NCBI GenBank assembly: GCA_030697165.1
Contig: JAUYQQ010000015.1
Location: 292,645 to 356,644 of the forward strand
Source: Acidobacteriota bacterium
Lineage (GTDB): Bacteria > Acidobacteriota > Vicinamibacteria > Vicinamibacterales > UBA2999
Direction: 5' to 3'
DNA length: 64,000 nt
Within the stretch, counting starts at the first letter, position 1, and each line of letters begins with the position of its first letter. A model generated the notes under the pieces. That model was given only the letters and a program-made list of their open reading frames with translations, was not told where the DNA came from and made no database searches. Positions 44,552 to 53,939 of this stretch are shown here, one piece after another. Made by a program: the position numbers and the translations under genes.

Positions 44552-45331
44552 TCATCGCGGCAGCAGAGCCCGATGGCAATTCGCCACGAACAGGGCGTCT
44601 GCGGTGACGAGGGGCCGGCCGAGTGCGGTTCCGCGCGCCAGCGCGTGCAGCGTAAACCCGCGCTCGGCGAGGAACGCCACGACGTCATGAAACAAGCACT
44701 GCCCTTCATAGAATTCCCTGAAGCTCACCTCTGCCAGCACGGCGCTGGTGTGCTCGAGGCATCGCGCGGCGCCACGGAGGACGCCCAGCTCGAAGCCCTG
44801 TACGTCGAGTTTGATGATCGACGGCAGGGGGCGCGGCCCCTGCTGCTGCCACGCATCGAGCCGCTCGACAGGCACCTGTTCTTGCGCGACCTCATGAATG
44901 TGCCACTGCTCCTCACCGGCCCGCGAAAGCGGCAGGAGGCTCGAAGCGTCCGAGAAGCTCGTCACTCGAATCGGCAAGGTGCCCGCCGACTCACCGAGGG
45001 CCAGCCGATGCAGCTGCACCCCCTCCACGCTCCGGGTATTCCGCTCGAACCCTTCGTGATGCACCGCGAGTGGTTCGAACGCATGCACCTCCGCGGGGGG
45101 ATACAGGGCCTTCGCCAGCAGGGTCCACGTGCCCACGTTTGCGCCCACATCGTAGATGACCTTCGGGGCGAGTGGCCGGATCAGCTGAAGCAACTCCATG
45201 GAGTCGATATGGTCTTCGGAGAGCCGCGCGGCCACCGTGCCGCGCAGCGTCGCCAGCCGCCGGCGGGCGAGCGAAATCTCGGCGAGCCGCTCGCACAGGA
45301 GCCGTGGGTCGTATAGCAGCAGTCGGCGCAC
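44552..45331 (-). CDS. FkbM family methyltransferase
   Basis: 259 aa with VIYDVGANVGTWTL...AFEPLAVHHEGFERN and IKLDVQGFE. Confidence 0.75.
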   Translation of the reverse strand: MRRLLLYDPRLLCERLAEISLARRRLATLRGTVAARLSEDHIDSMELLQLIRPLAPKVIYDVGANVGTWTLLAKALYPPAEVHAFEPLAVHHEGFERNTRSVEGVQLHRLALGESAGTLPIRVTSFSDASSLLPLSRAGEEQWHIHEVAQEQVPVERLDAWQQQGPRPLPSIIKLDVQGFELGVLRGAARCLEHTSAVLAEVSFREFYEGQCLFHDVVAFLAERGFTLHALARGTALGRPLVTADALFVANCHRALLPR

Positions 45332-45343
45332 GAGTAGTCTAGC

Positions 45344-46573
45344 TTAGTGCCGCATCTCGGGCCTCGACGACGGCCCCGTCAAAACCTCGGTAAGAAGGTT
45401 CCAGGCGGTCTCGTGGGAGAACATCCGTGCCCCGACTTCAAGGGCACGGGCGGCGAGGCGGACGCGGTAATCGGTGTCACCAGCGAGCCGGCCGACGGCC
45501 GCCGCCAAGCTGTCGAAGTCTGCGACATCAACGACTTCGGCGACGCCGGGATGCTCCCGGGCCCAACGAACAGCCGAGGAATGTGCGGGGCCGGTGATCA
45601 AGAGCGGCAACCCAACGGCGGTGTAGTCGGTTAGCTTGCTTGGGAAACTAAGCTGCACGGGTCCCGCGTCGCCCGGCGCAAATGACATGGGCACGAGCAG
45701 CACATCGACTTCCTCCCGCAACCGCTCCATGAGCTCGCGAGAGCTCAACCGCCCGCGGAACTGGACGTTGGCCATGCTGAGCCCACCCAGTGCGGCCTGC
45801 TTCGCATCGGTCGAGCCGAACACCAGGACCCGGCCACCGAGGGTCTGCAGTACCTGGGCCACAGCGCCCAGGATTCGGAAGTAGTCGGGCACGTTAAGGG
45901 ACCCAGCGAAGGCGATCGTCAGCCCAGAGTCGCTGCGCCGCAGACGATCGGGCGGGGCGGCATAAACCGGCACCTCGCGGGATCGTGAAGGGTAGAGCAC
46001 CTGTCCGTGAGGTCCGTACCGCTGGCGATAGTCGGCCTCCATCCAGGGCGAGACGCACAGGCGCGACGCCGCCGCGCGATAAATTGAGCCGAACTGGAGA
46101 TTCACTCGGTTGGCGAACGGTGGCGGCAGGGTGGCCACCCTTGGCCAGTCATCATGCACGATCAGGTGGAGCGGCAGCCGCCGCCGCCTGGCGAACTCCG
46201 CCGCCGTCACCCACCGGTGTCCGTGGGCGACCGTCAGCACGGCTTCGGGCGAGAAACCGCCCAGCAGCCCGGGAACCTCTCCGGCCCATGACGCTGACCG
46301 CAGAGACTGCCAGAGCGACCACCAAGCATGGAGCCGAGTGGTTCTGAGACGCGATCCGCCAGACGCGAGAGTCCGGTACGGGACGCCCCGCACACGACGC
46401 CCGGGCTGGGATGGGGCGCTCCCGTCCTCGATCACCATCAGCCGATCCGGGGGGTAGGACTCGAGCAGACGGTAGAGCAACGCCGAGCCGTGCAACGTTG
46501 ACTCGACCGGCACATCGCCAATGTACACGAGCCGAGGAAGTTGAGGTTCACCCCTCGACGCACTGACTCTCAC
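45344..46573 (-). CDS. GT-B glycosyltransferase (GT4-like)
   Basis: 409 aa, GTG start. C-terminal half LLVPMSF...FPSKLTDYTAVGLPLLITGP. Confidence 0.7.
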   Translation of the reverse strand: MRVSASRGEPQLPRLVYIGDVPVESTLHGSALLYRLLESYPPDRLMVIEDGSAPSQPGRRVRGVPYRTLASGGSRLRTTRLHAWWSLWQSLRSASWAGEVPGLLGGFSPEAVLTVAHGHRWVTAAEFARRRRLPLHLIVHDDWPRVATLPPPFANRVNLQFGSIYRAAASRLCVSPWMEADYRQRYGPHGQVLYPSRSREVPVYAAPPDRLRRSDSGLTIAFAGSLNVPDYFRILGAVAQVLQTLGGRVLVFGSTDAKQAALGGLSMANVQFRGRLSSRELMERLREEVDVLLVPMSFAPGDAGPVQLSFPSKLTDYTAVGLPLLITGPAHSSAVRWAREHPGVAEVVDVADFDSLAAAVGRLAGDTDYRVRLAARALEVGARMFSHETAWNLLTEVLTGPSSRPEMRH

Positions 46574-47709
46574 GGTGCACGGTCCGCACGGACGTGAGCG
46601 GCCAGAAACCGCAGTTCGTCGACACGCTTGGGTAGTTTGGGCCCTGGCGGCAAGTCCGCGACCTCGAGAATGCGCTGCCAGCGATGCGCCCAGTCGTGGC
46701 GGAGCAGCGAATTAACAACGTTCAGTTGACGGATCTTGGCAATCCGCTCCGGCTGCGCGTCAAGCTCGGCCAGGCTCTGGGCAATGTCGTAAGCGTCAAG
46801 CGCTATCGGCACGACTGCATCGTCCCAGTCGAAGTGCTCCCGGAAGGCGTCGCAGTCCGGAGGCTGGCCCAGCAAGACCGCGCCGCCTGCGGTCCCTTCG
46901 AACAAGCGGGCACCCAGTTCCTCCTGGCCCCCGGTGATGCCCGAGATGTTGGCGTTGTGACGGTAGGCGATGAAATAGCGGCTGCGTTTGATCAGGTTGG
47001 CGAGCAGCCGCCGGTGCTCACGGGGATCGATCACGTCGAAGCCGCTCGCAGTGTCGTACAGGTAGAAAGAACCTCCGCCCTCTGCCTGCGCCAGAAGCGC
47101 GCGGTGGGTGACCTCCGATCGACGTCCCATGCTGTAGACATCGACGCAGCGAGGAGGCGCGGGGCGCCCGGGACAGAAGCGCACCGCATCCACGGCGCCC
47201 GGCAGCACATGGCAGGGACGTCCAGTAAACGCGGCGAGCGCCTGCACGCTGGATGCCGTATGCACGAAGATGTGGTCAAAGGCCTTCAGGATCTCAAGAA
47301 ACTGCCGTTCTCGGGGGTCTTCGAACTGCCTGAGCCAGATCTCGCCCAGGAAGCAGATCTTCGTCTTCGCCCGCTCAACCCACCCCTGCAGGTGGTTCAG
47401 AACCAACGCCTGGCTTGGGAACATGAAGGCGGCAAAGAAGACGTCGTAGTCCCGACGAACCGACTCCGTCGACACCGTGGTCCGAATCGCATGGGTCCGT
47501 CCGGTGGCCCTTGCCACGCGGTTGCGGGCTGTCCGGGCCAGCGTCTGCCACGGCGATCCCTCTCCCTCCGTTACCGGCATGATCATGTCGGCGTCGGTCA
47601 GAGAGGCGATGACGTCCTCGAACTCGTACAGACAGCACTGATACACCTTCGCACTGACTCGCCGCTGCGACAGAATCAGTGTCGTGGGCGATGCGGGCAC
47701 GGCTGTCAC
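46570..47709 (-). CDS. CgeB-like glycosyltransferase-family protein
   Basis: 379 aa with GARLFEGTAGGAVLLG and a C-terminal ...NSLLRHDWAHRWQRILE, resembling Glyco_trans_1_2 domains. Weaker call. Confidence 0.5.
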   Translation of the reverse strand: MTAVPASPTTLILSQRRVSAKVYQCCLYEFEDVIASLTDADMIMPVTEGEGSPWQTLARTARNRVARATGRTHAIRTTVSTESVRRDYDVFFAAFMFPSQALVLNHLQGWVERAKTKICFLGEIWLRQFEDPRERQFLEILKAFDHIFVHTASSVQALAAFTGRPCHVLPGAVDAVRFCPGRPAPPRCVDVYSMGRRSEVTHRALLAQAEGGGSFYLYDTASGFDVIDPREHRRLLANLIKRSRYFIAYRHNANISGITGGQEELGARLFEGTAGGAVLLGQPPDCDAFREHFDWDDAVVPIALDAYDIAQSLAELDAQPERIAKIRQLNVVNSLLRHDWAHRWQRILEVADLPPGPKLPKRVDELRFLAAHVRADRAP

Positions 47710-47725
47710 TGGAGACCCTCGACAC

Positions 47726-48856
47726 TCATCGCCCGCACCCCAACGCCTCGCGCGCCGCGGTGCAGACGCGCGCCACCTGTTCCCGTGTCAGGCTGAGCGC
47801 GGACGGCAGGTTGATCGCGCGAGGGCTAAGACCGTAGCTCACCGTGTTACGCTCCCTCGCAAGCGCCGCCTCCGGTGAGCCCGCGTACGCGGGCAGACTG
47901 CTCAACGGGTGAAAGAAGGGACGGCAGTCGATGCCCTTCGCCGCCATCACATCGAGCAGTTCGGTCTTGTCAATCCGGTACCGCTGGTCGAACACCATCG
48001 TCACCATCCAATAGCTATTGAGCGTGCCCACCGCCTGATAGTTGAGGCTGATGCCATCGACACGGGAGAGCTCGTCGGCATACCAGGAGAAGATCTCCCG
48101 CTTGCGGCCGACGAGTTCGCTGATGCGTTCAAGCTGGGCGGCGCCCAATGCCGCCTGCATCGAGCTCATCTTGTATTTGTAGGCCACCTCGGTGTTGCAG
48201 AACAGGCGGTCACCGGGAGCCCGGCCGTGATCACGAAGACGGAGAACACGATCCCGAATATCATCCCGATTCGTCACCAGCATGCCGCCTTCGCCGGTGG
48301 TGAGCGTCTTGGAGCCGTGGAAGCTGAACACGCCCGTCTCTCCAAAGCTGCCGGCTTTGCGGCCGCCGAACTCCGAGCCGATCGCCTCAGCGGCGTCCTC
48401 GATCATCGCCACCTGGTGCCGTTTGGCCACGGCACCGAGGGCGTCCATATCGGGCATGTTTCCGTACAAGTCGACGGGAATGACCGCTCTGGTGCGCGGC
48501 GTGACGCATCGATCGAACGCCGCCGCGTCGAGACACCAAGTCCGGGAGTCGACATCGGCGAACACGGCCGTGGCGCCGACGTAGCTGATCGGCGCCGCGG
48601 ACGCAATCCAGGTGATCTCAGGAACGATGACCTCGTCGCCGGGGCCAACGTCCAGCGCCAACAGCGCCAAGTGGATCGCGGAAGTGCAGTGAGGAAGGCT
48701 GATGGCATGGCGCACGCCGACATAATCGGCAAAGGCCTTTTCGAAGCGATCGTGCCAGCCGTTGGCATTGCCGTACCACGCATTGGTCACCGCGTCGGTG
48801 ACATAGTCGATTTCCTTGCGCGTGATCCAGGGGCCAGAAACGGGAATGCGCTCCAT
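47726..48856 (-). CDS. DegT/DnrJ/EryC1/StrS family sugar aminotransferase (PLP-dependent)
   Basis: Start at the ATG at 48856 (MERIPVSGPWITRKEIDYV). It has FSFHGSKTLTTGEGG, with the PLP Lys. Confidence 0.9.
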   Translation of the reverse strand: MERIPVSGPWITRKEIDYVTDAVTNAWYGNANGWHDRFEKAFADYVGVRHAISLPHCTSAIHLALLALDVGPGDEVIVPEITWIASAAPISYVGATAVFADVDSRTWCLDAAAFDRCVTPRTRAVIPVDLYGNMPDMDALGAVAKRHQVAMIEDAAEAIGSEFGGRKAGSFGETGVFSFHGSKTLTTGEGGMLVTNRDDIRDRVLRLRDHGRAPGDRLFCNTEVAYKYKMSSMQAALGAAQLERISELVGRKREIFSWYADELSRVDGISLNYQAVGTLNSYWMVTMVFDQRYRIDKTELLDVMAAKGIDCRPFFHPLSSLPAYAGSPEAALARERNTVSYGLSPRAINLPSALSLTREQVARVCTAAREALGCGR

Positions 48857-48857
48857 G

Positions 48858-49910
48858 CTAGCGCCCTGCAACCCACCGCAGGTCCGGACCAAGCCGGCCC
48901 GTTTCCCGCAAGCTCGACAGGGCCTTGACCCTCATGAAATCGGAGTTCCGGAAGCCGGGATCGCCAAACCGCATCCGGGCGAGCCCTGATTTGAGTTCCT
49001 GGATCGCCTGCGGCAAATTCACCCTTGGTTGGTGAGCCGGTGCTAACTGCCGGAACAGCTCGAAGCTCACGCGGTAGGAACGCTTATCGGGCACGGCGTC
49101 CGGGTTCACCACGGTAACCACACCAGGTATCTCACGGGCAACGGCCTCGGCGAGTTCCTTCACCTGATGGTTCCATTCGTCCATCCCGGTATTGACGATG
49201 ACCCAATCTCCACCTGCCGCGGCGGACCGCCCGACCGCCCACTCGATCGCCCGAGCCATGTCCCTGACGTGGATGAGCGGGCGCCAGGGCGAGCCGTCAC
49301 TCAAGATCTCGATTCTGTTCGAGACCAGGGCCGCCGCGACGAAGTCATTCAGGACCAGGTCCAACCGGAGCCGCTCGCTCATTCCGCATGCAGTGGCGAA
49401 CCGAAGGCACGTAATCTGAAAGTCCTGATGCGCAAGTGGTCGGAGCTGCTCCTCCGCCATTACCTTCGATCGCGCATAGGCAGTGAGCGGGCTGACACTC
49501 GAACGTTCGGTCTTGGCGCCCTCTTCGGCATGACCATAGACGCTGCAGCTGGACGCAAAGACGAAACTCCGCGCGCCGCATTCCCTGGCCAGCGCGGCCA
49601 GGCGCACGCTCGCTCGCCAGTTGATGTCCAGGGTGAGCTCCTCGTCCAACGTCCCCATGACGTCGTTGGAGATTGCGGCGAGGCTCACCACGGCGTCGAC
49701 GCCGCGGAGGGTGTCGTGAGTCACGTCGCGCACGTCCATGAACATTTGCCCATCCAGGCGGGTCTCCGGCAGGACGTCCGCCGCTGTCAGGCAATGGGCA
49801 AACAATCCGGTGTCAAGACCGACGAGCTGCGCGCGCGGATAGGCGTTCCGAAGCTGCTGCACGACACATGGGCCGACATAACCCATGTTCCCGGTGATCA
49901 ATATCTTCAT
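48858..49910 (-). CDS. NAD-dependent epimerase/dehydratase (extended SDR)
   Basis: 350 aa with MKILITGNMGYVGPCV, SSCSVYG and YARSK (YxxxK). Confidence 0.85.
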   Translation of the reverse strand: MKILITGNMGYVGPCVVQQLRNAYPRAQLVGLDTGLFAHCLTAADVLPETRLDGQMFMDVRDVTHDTLRGVDAVVSLAAISNDVMGTLDEELTLDINWRASVRLAALARECGARSFVFASSCSVYGHAEEGAKTERSSVSPLTAYARSKVMAEEQLRPLAHQDFQITCLRFATACGMSERLRLDLVLNDFVAAALVSNRIEILSDGSPWRPLIHVRDMARAIEWAVGRSAAAGGDWVIVNTGMDEWNHQVKELAEAVAREIPGVVTVVNPDAVPDKRSYRVSFELFRQLAPAHQPRVNLPQAIQELKSGLARMRFGDPGFRNSDFMRVKALSSLRETGRLGPDLRWVAGR

Positions 49911-49950
49911 GGTTCAGCGGGCTCCAATCGGCTCCCACCACGAGCCGGTG

Positions 49951-50706
49951 TCACGGCTGGCGCCGTCGCAGGTAACCGCTGGGAGCGACACTGACGGCCA
50001 GCTTCGCGTCAATCGCCGCGTCAATCTCAAACTCGGGGTGACCGGCGAGGAACTCCCTCACCGCTGTCTTCGGGTTGTCGCCGGGTCCCCAGGGCCGGTC
50101 GGCAAACATTGCACCCGGCATGTCGTCAACGATGGTATCGAAGACGACGCAGTAACTACCAGGCGAGGCCATTGGAGCGTATGCCTCGAGTTCAGCCAGG
50201 ACGTGTGCGCGCGTATGACTGCTGTCCAGGCAAACCAGAACGGACTTCTTCGTTGACGCTCGCCGGCTCACCTGTGCGATCACCTCGGGCGAGATGCTCG
50301 AGCCTTGAATCATCGAGATCCGCTTCGCCATCGGGTGCGCCTCGATGGCCGCTCGATTGTGGGCGCGGATGTCGATGTCGATGCCGATCACTTCGGCGTC
50401 GGCCGGGCCGCCGCAAAGGCTGTTCAGCTCGAGGAGACTCGAATAGAGGATGAGCGATCCCCCGTGGGCAATGCCGGTCTCGATGATCAGGTCCGGCTGA
50501 AGTGACCAGACCACCTCCTGCATCGCCACTATGTCCTGAGGCAGTTGGATGATGGGCCGCCCCAGCCATCGGAAATTGTAGGTGTACTTGTGCCTCGCGG
50601 TCTCGCGAATCCACGCGAGTGAAGCCTCCTTGACGCGGTGATCGGCGCCGAGGCCGCGAATATTGCCGGCCACGTCGTTCTTGAACTGCTCTTCTTGCGG
50701 GTTCAT
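49951..50706 (-). CDS. Cephalosporin hydroxylase (CmcI) family protein, i.e. class I methyltransferase-like
   Basis: Start at the ATG at 50706 (shares 1 nt with the upstream TGA). It has YTYNFRWLGRPIIQLPQDIVAMQEVVWSLQPDLIIETGIAHGGSL. Confidence 0.8.
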   Translation of the reverse strand: MNPQEEQFKNDVAGNIRGLGADHRVKEASLAWIRETARHKYTYNFRWLGRPIIQLPQDIVAMQEVVWSLQPDLIIETGIAHGGSLILYSSLLELNSLCGGPADAEVIGIDIDIRAHNRAAIEAHPMAKRISMIQGSSISPEVIAQVSRRASTKKSVLVCLDSSHTRAHVLAELEAYAPMASPGSYCVVFDTIVDDMPGAMFADRPWGPGDNPKTAVREFLAGHPEFEIDAAIDAKLAVSVAPSGYLRRRQP

Positions 50707-51395
50707 CAGTCGCTGCTCCGCGGGTGCCGCGAGGCCCCGGTCTCGTTCGGGGCGCTGGGCGCCGAGTACTTGATGATCTTGCCGGGATTGCCCACCACGA
50801 CCGCGTGGTCCGGCACGTCTTTCGTCACCACCGCTCCGGCCCCGATGGTTGCCCATCGGCCAATGGACCGTCGCGGCAGGATCGACGCATTCGTCCCGAC
50901 GAACGTGCCATCACCGATGCGGCAGCAGCCGGACACGCTGACGCCATGCGCGATGAACACCGACTCGCCGACGACGGTTTCGTGCCCGATCAAGGCTCCC
51001 ATGTGAATGCTGGTGTTATCGCCAAGGGAAACCGCGGCTTGCAGGATCACGGCTTCCTGCACATAAAGCCCCTCGCCAAGGTGGACCATCGTCAGATCGA
51101 CGTTGGGGTGAATCAGGTTGACCATCCGGCCGCCCGCCCTCTTAATCGCCAGCGTGGTCTCGTGCCTGACCGCCGTGCTGCCAGTGATGAGATTGACGAA
51201 GCCAGTATCGGCGCCGGCCAACTCGGGCACCCGCTCAATCCCGCCCAGCACCGGAAATCCCCAGAACCTCGTGCCATGCTTGTGTCGATCGTTGTCCAGG
51301 AAACCTGCGAACACGACATTCGCTGTCACGCGCTCGACCGCGCGGACCACCCTGACGGTCTCTGGATTCGAGGCGCCGAGAAGGTAGATGGTCAT
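50706..51395 (-). CDS. Hexapeptide-repeat sugar N/O-acetyltransferase (NeuD/PglD-like)
   Basis: 229 aa. It has an N-terminal Rossmann-like MTIYLLGASNPE... and a C-terminal left-handed beta-helix with hexapeptide repeats. Confidence 0.8.
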   Translation of the reverse strand: MTIYLLGASNPETVRVVRAVERVTANVVFAGFLDNDRHKHGTRFWGFPVLGGIERVPELAGADTGFVNLITGSTAVRHETTLAIKRAGGRMVNLIHPNVDLTMVHLGEGLYVQEAVILQAAVSLGDNTSIHMGALIGHETVVGESVFIAHGVSVSGCCRIGDGTFVGTNASILPRRSIGRWATIGAGAVVTKDVPDHAVVVGNPGKIIKYSAPSAPNETGASRHPRSSD

Positions 51396-51934
51396 TGGGT
51401 CGTTCTCGTGGGCAGCAGCGGTAGGTTGCGGTCACGCTCGGACAGCTGTGGACTGGCGATGGGCCAAGCGATGTTCAACGCAGGATCATCCCACCGCACG
51501 CCCCGCGCCAGCTCTGGCACGAAGGACTCGGACATCATGTAGGACACTTCGCACCCGTCCGTCAAGCACTGGAACCCGTGCGCAAAGCCGGCGGGCACGT
51601 ACAGCTGGCGCCGGCTTTCGGCGCTCAATTCGAAGCTGGCGTGGTGGCCATAGGTCGCCGAGTCGGTTCGAAGATCGACGATCACGTCCCAGATCGCGCC
51701 CGCTGTACATCGCACGAGTTTGACTTCCGATACGGGAGCCGCTTGAAAATGCAGCCCGCGAATCATGCCGCGCGACCGGGTCCGCGTGTGATTGCACTGC
51801 GGCCAGCGGGTGTTGAGTCCCTGCGCCGCGAAGGTCCGCTCACAATAGGTCCGGACCAATTCGCCTCGGGCGTCGGCCTGGGGGTCCAGCTCGATCAGCC
51901 AGGCACCGAGTAACGGCGTGGGAGTAAACCGCAT
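51392..51934 (-). CDS. NDP-4-dehydro-6-deoxyhexose 3,5-epimerase family (RmlC-like cupin)
   Basis: Start at the ATG at 51934 (MRFTPTPLLGAWLIE...D.RGELVRTY...RGLHFQ...KLVRCTAGAIWDVIVDLR). Confidence 0.85.
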   Translation of the reverse strand: MRFTPTPLLGAWLIELDPQADARGELVRTYCERTFAAQGLNTRWPQCNHTRTRSRGMIRGLHFQAAPVSEVKLVRCTAGAIWDVIVDLRTDSATYGHHASFELSAESRRQLYVPAGFAHGFQCLTDGCEVSYMMSESFVPELARGVRWDDPALNIAWPIASPQLSERDRNLPLLPTRTTQ

Positions 51935-51939
51935 CTCGA

Positions 51940-53169
51940 TCACCGGATCGCCGGACTCGGTATCGGAATGAGAAACCGACCGCCCCGTTCGCGGTAGGCG
52001 CGCTGCTGCGCGAGGATCTCGTCGGCGAAGTTCCAGGTCAGCAGCAAGGTGACGTCCGGCATCCGCTCCAGCAGTTCCGCCGGCGCCACGATCGGCAGGT
52101 GTGAACCGGGCGTGAAGCGGCCCTGCTTGTGCGGGCTGCGATCGACCACAAACTCGAGTGTCTCGGCGCCCAAGGCGCAGTAGTTCAGCAGCGTGCTGCC
52201 CTTGGCCGAGGCGCCGTACGCGGCAATGCGCCGACCCTGACGTTTCAGGTCCGCCAGCATCGACGTCAGGGAGTACCTGAGCTCCTCCACCGCACGGGCA
52301 AAGCCGGCGTAGTAGGACATGGTGGCCACGCCGGCGACCTGCTCTTCCGCGAGCAAGGCGCCAACCGCCGGGGCAACCGGGTGCGCGCCGTGATGTCCAA
52401 CGAAGACCCGCAGCGAGCCACCATGAATCGCGATCCGCTCGACATTCCAAACCGCGAGACCGTGCCGGCTGAACAATTCGATGAGTGGCGTGAGCGTGAA
52501 ATAGAACACATGCTCATGGTAGATGGTATCGAACTCGGTCTTGGCAATCAGCTCTGTCGCGTAGGGACACTCGATCACCGCTCGCCCGCCGGGGGCGAGC
52601 AACACCCGTAACCCGTCGATGAAGTCATGGACCTCGGGAACGTGGGCGAGGACGTTGTTGGCGAGGACGAGATCGGCCGGGCCGCGCGCCTGCACCAACC
52701 GCCGGGCCACGTCCGGCCCGAAGAACTCCGTCCAGGTCTCGATGCCCTTGTCCCGCGCCGCGCGGGCAACGTTGGCTGCCGGCTCGATGCCCACACACGG
52801 TACGTTCGCCTGGACGATGTGTTGCAGGAGGTAGCCATCGTTGCTGGCGATTTCGACCACGAAACTGCCCGGCCCCAAGCGGTAGTCCTCGCAGTAGCGA
52901 TCGGCGGCCTCCTTCGCGTGCCGCATCAGCTCGTCCGAGAAGGAGGAAAAGTACAAGTATTCGGAGAACAACTTCACCGGCGGCACCAAGTCAGCAATCT
53001 GCAGGAGCCAGCAACCAGGGCAGACAAACACGCGCAGCGGAAACCTGGGCTCGGAGCTGGCGATGTCCTCGGCCGTCAATAGGTTGTTGGCCAAGGGCTG
53101 GACGCCAAGGTCGAGGACGAGTTGGCCATCGGCTCTCCCGCAGGCCAGGCAGGTGTGGGCTGCAGTCAC
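51940..53169 (-). CDS. NDP-hexose C-methyltransferase (Methyltransf_13 zinc-ribbon + class I MT + Methyltransf_14 C-domain; TylCIII-like)
   Basis: Start at the GTG at 53169 (GTGA overlap). It has CLACGR...LDLGVQPLANNLL...CPGCWLLQ and EIASNDGYLL. Confidence 0.8.
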   Translation of the reverse strand: MTAAHTCLACGRADGQLVLDLGVQPLANNLLTAEDIASSEPRFPLRVFVCPGCWLLQIADLVPPVKLFSEYLYFSSFSDELMRHAKEAADRYCEDYRLGPGSFVVEIASNDGYLLQHIVQANVPCVGIEPAANVARAARDKGIETWTEFFGPDVARRLVQARGPADLVLANNVLAHVPEVHDFIDGLRVLLAPGGRAVIECPYATELIAKTEFDTIYHEHVFYFTLTPLIELFSRHGLAVWNVERIAIHGGSLRVFVGHHGAHPVAPAVGALLAEEQVAGVATMSYYAGFARAVEELRYSLTSMLADLKRQGRRIAAYGASAKGSTLLNYCALGAETLEFVVDRSPHKQGRFTPGSHLPIVAPAELLERMPDVTLLLTWNFADEILAQQRAYRERGGRFLIPIPSPAIR

Positions 53170-53939
53170 CAGCGCCGCCACGGGGCCTGACCGTTGACGT
53201 ACATCCGGTCGAGCAATTGCTGCTCGCGAAAGGTGTCCATGCACTGCCAGAATCCGGCGTGGTTGTAGGCGTTCAACTGGCCGCACTTCGCCAGGGTCTG
53301 CAACGGCTCGCGCTCCAGCACGCAGTCGTCGCCGGTCAGATAGCCGCCGATGCGCTTGTCCATCACGAAGAAGCCGCCGCTGATGAACGCCGCCTCCGTC
53401 TCAGGCTTTTCGTGGAAACCCACAATCGTCTGGCCATCCATCGCCAGTTCGCCGAAGCGCCCGGTGGGGTGCACAACCGTCACCGTGGCAATCTTGCCCT
53501 GCGACTCGTGGGCCCGGATCGAGGCGTTGATGTCGCTGTCGGTCACACCGTCGCCGTAGGTGAAGAGAAACGTATCCTCGTCGACGTAGGGGAGGGCTCG
53601 GCGCAGACGGCCGCCGGTCTGGGTGTCCTGTCCCGTATCGAGTAGAGTGACCGTCCAGTTCTCTTCTTCGGGCGGGTTGTGATACCTGATCTCCGGTTGG
53701 CGCCCCAGCCTGAGCGTAACGTCGCTCATGCTCCAGAGGTAGTTCCGGAAATACTCCTTGATGACTTCGCCCTTGTAACCTAAGCACAGGATGAAATCCG
53801 TGTGCCCGTGGTGGGCATACAGCTTCATGATGTGCCAGAGAATCGGGCGTCCCCCGATGGGCACCATCGGCTTGGGGCGGAATTCGGTCTCCTCCCGCAA
53901 CCGCGTCCCCAGACCGCCGCAGAGAATCACGACTTTCAT
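53166..53939 (-). CDS. rfbF: Glucose-1-phosphate cytidylyltransferase
   Basis: Start at the ATG at 53939 (ATGA overlap): [57 protein letters not shown], 257 aa. Confidence 0.9.
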   Translation of the reverse strand: MKVVILCGGLGTRLREETEFRPKPMVPIGGRPILWHIMKLYAHHGHTDFILCLGYKGEVIKEYFRNYLWSMSDVTLRLGRQPEIRYHNPPEEENWTVTLLDTGQDTQTGGRLRRALPYVDEDTFLFTYGDGVTDSDINASIRAHESQGKIATVTVVHPTGRFGELAMDGQTIVGFHEKPETEAAFISGGFFVMDKRIGGYLTGDDCVLEREPLQTLAKCGQLNAYNHAGFWQCMDTFREQQLLDRMYVNGQAPWRRW

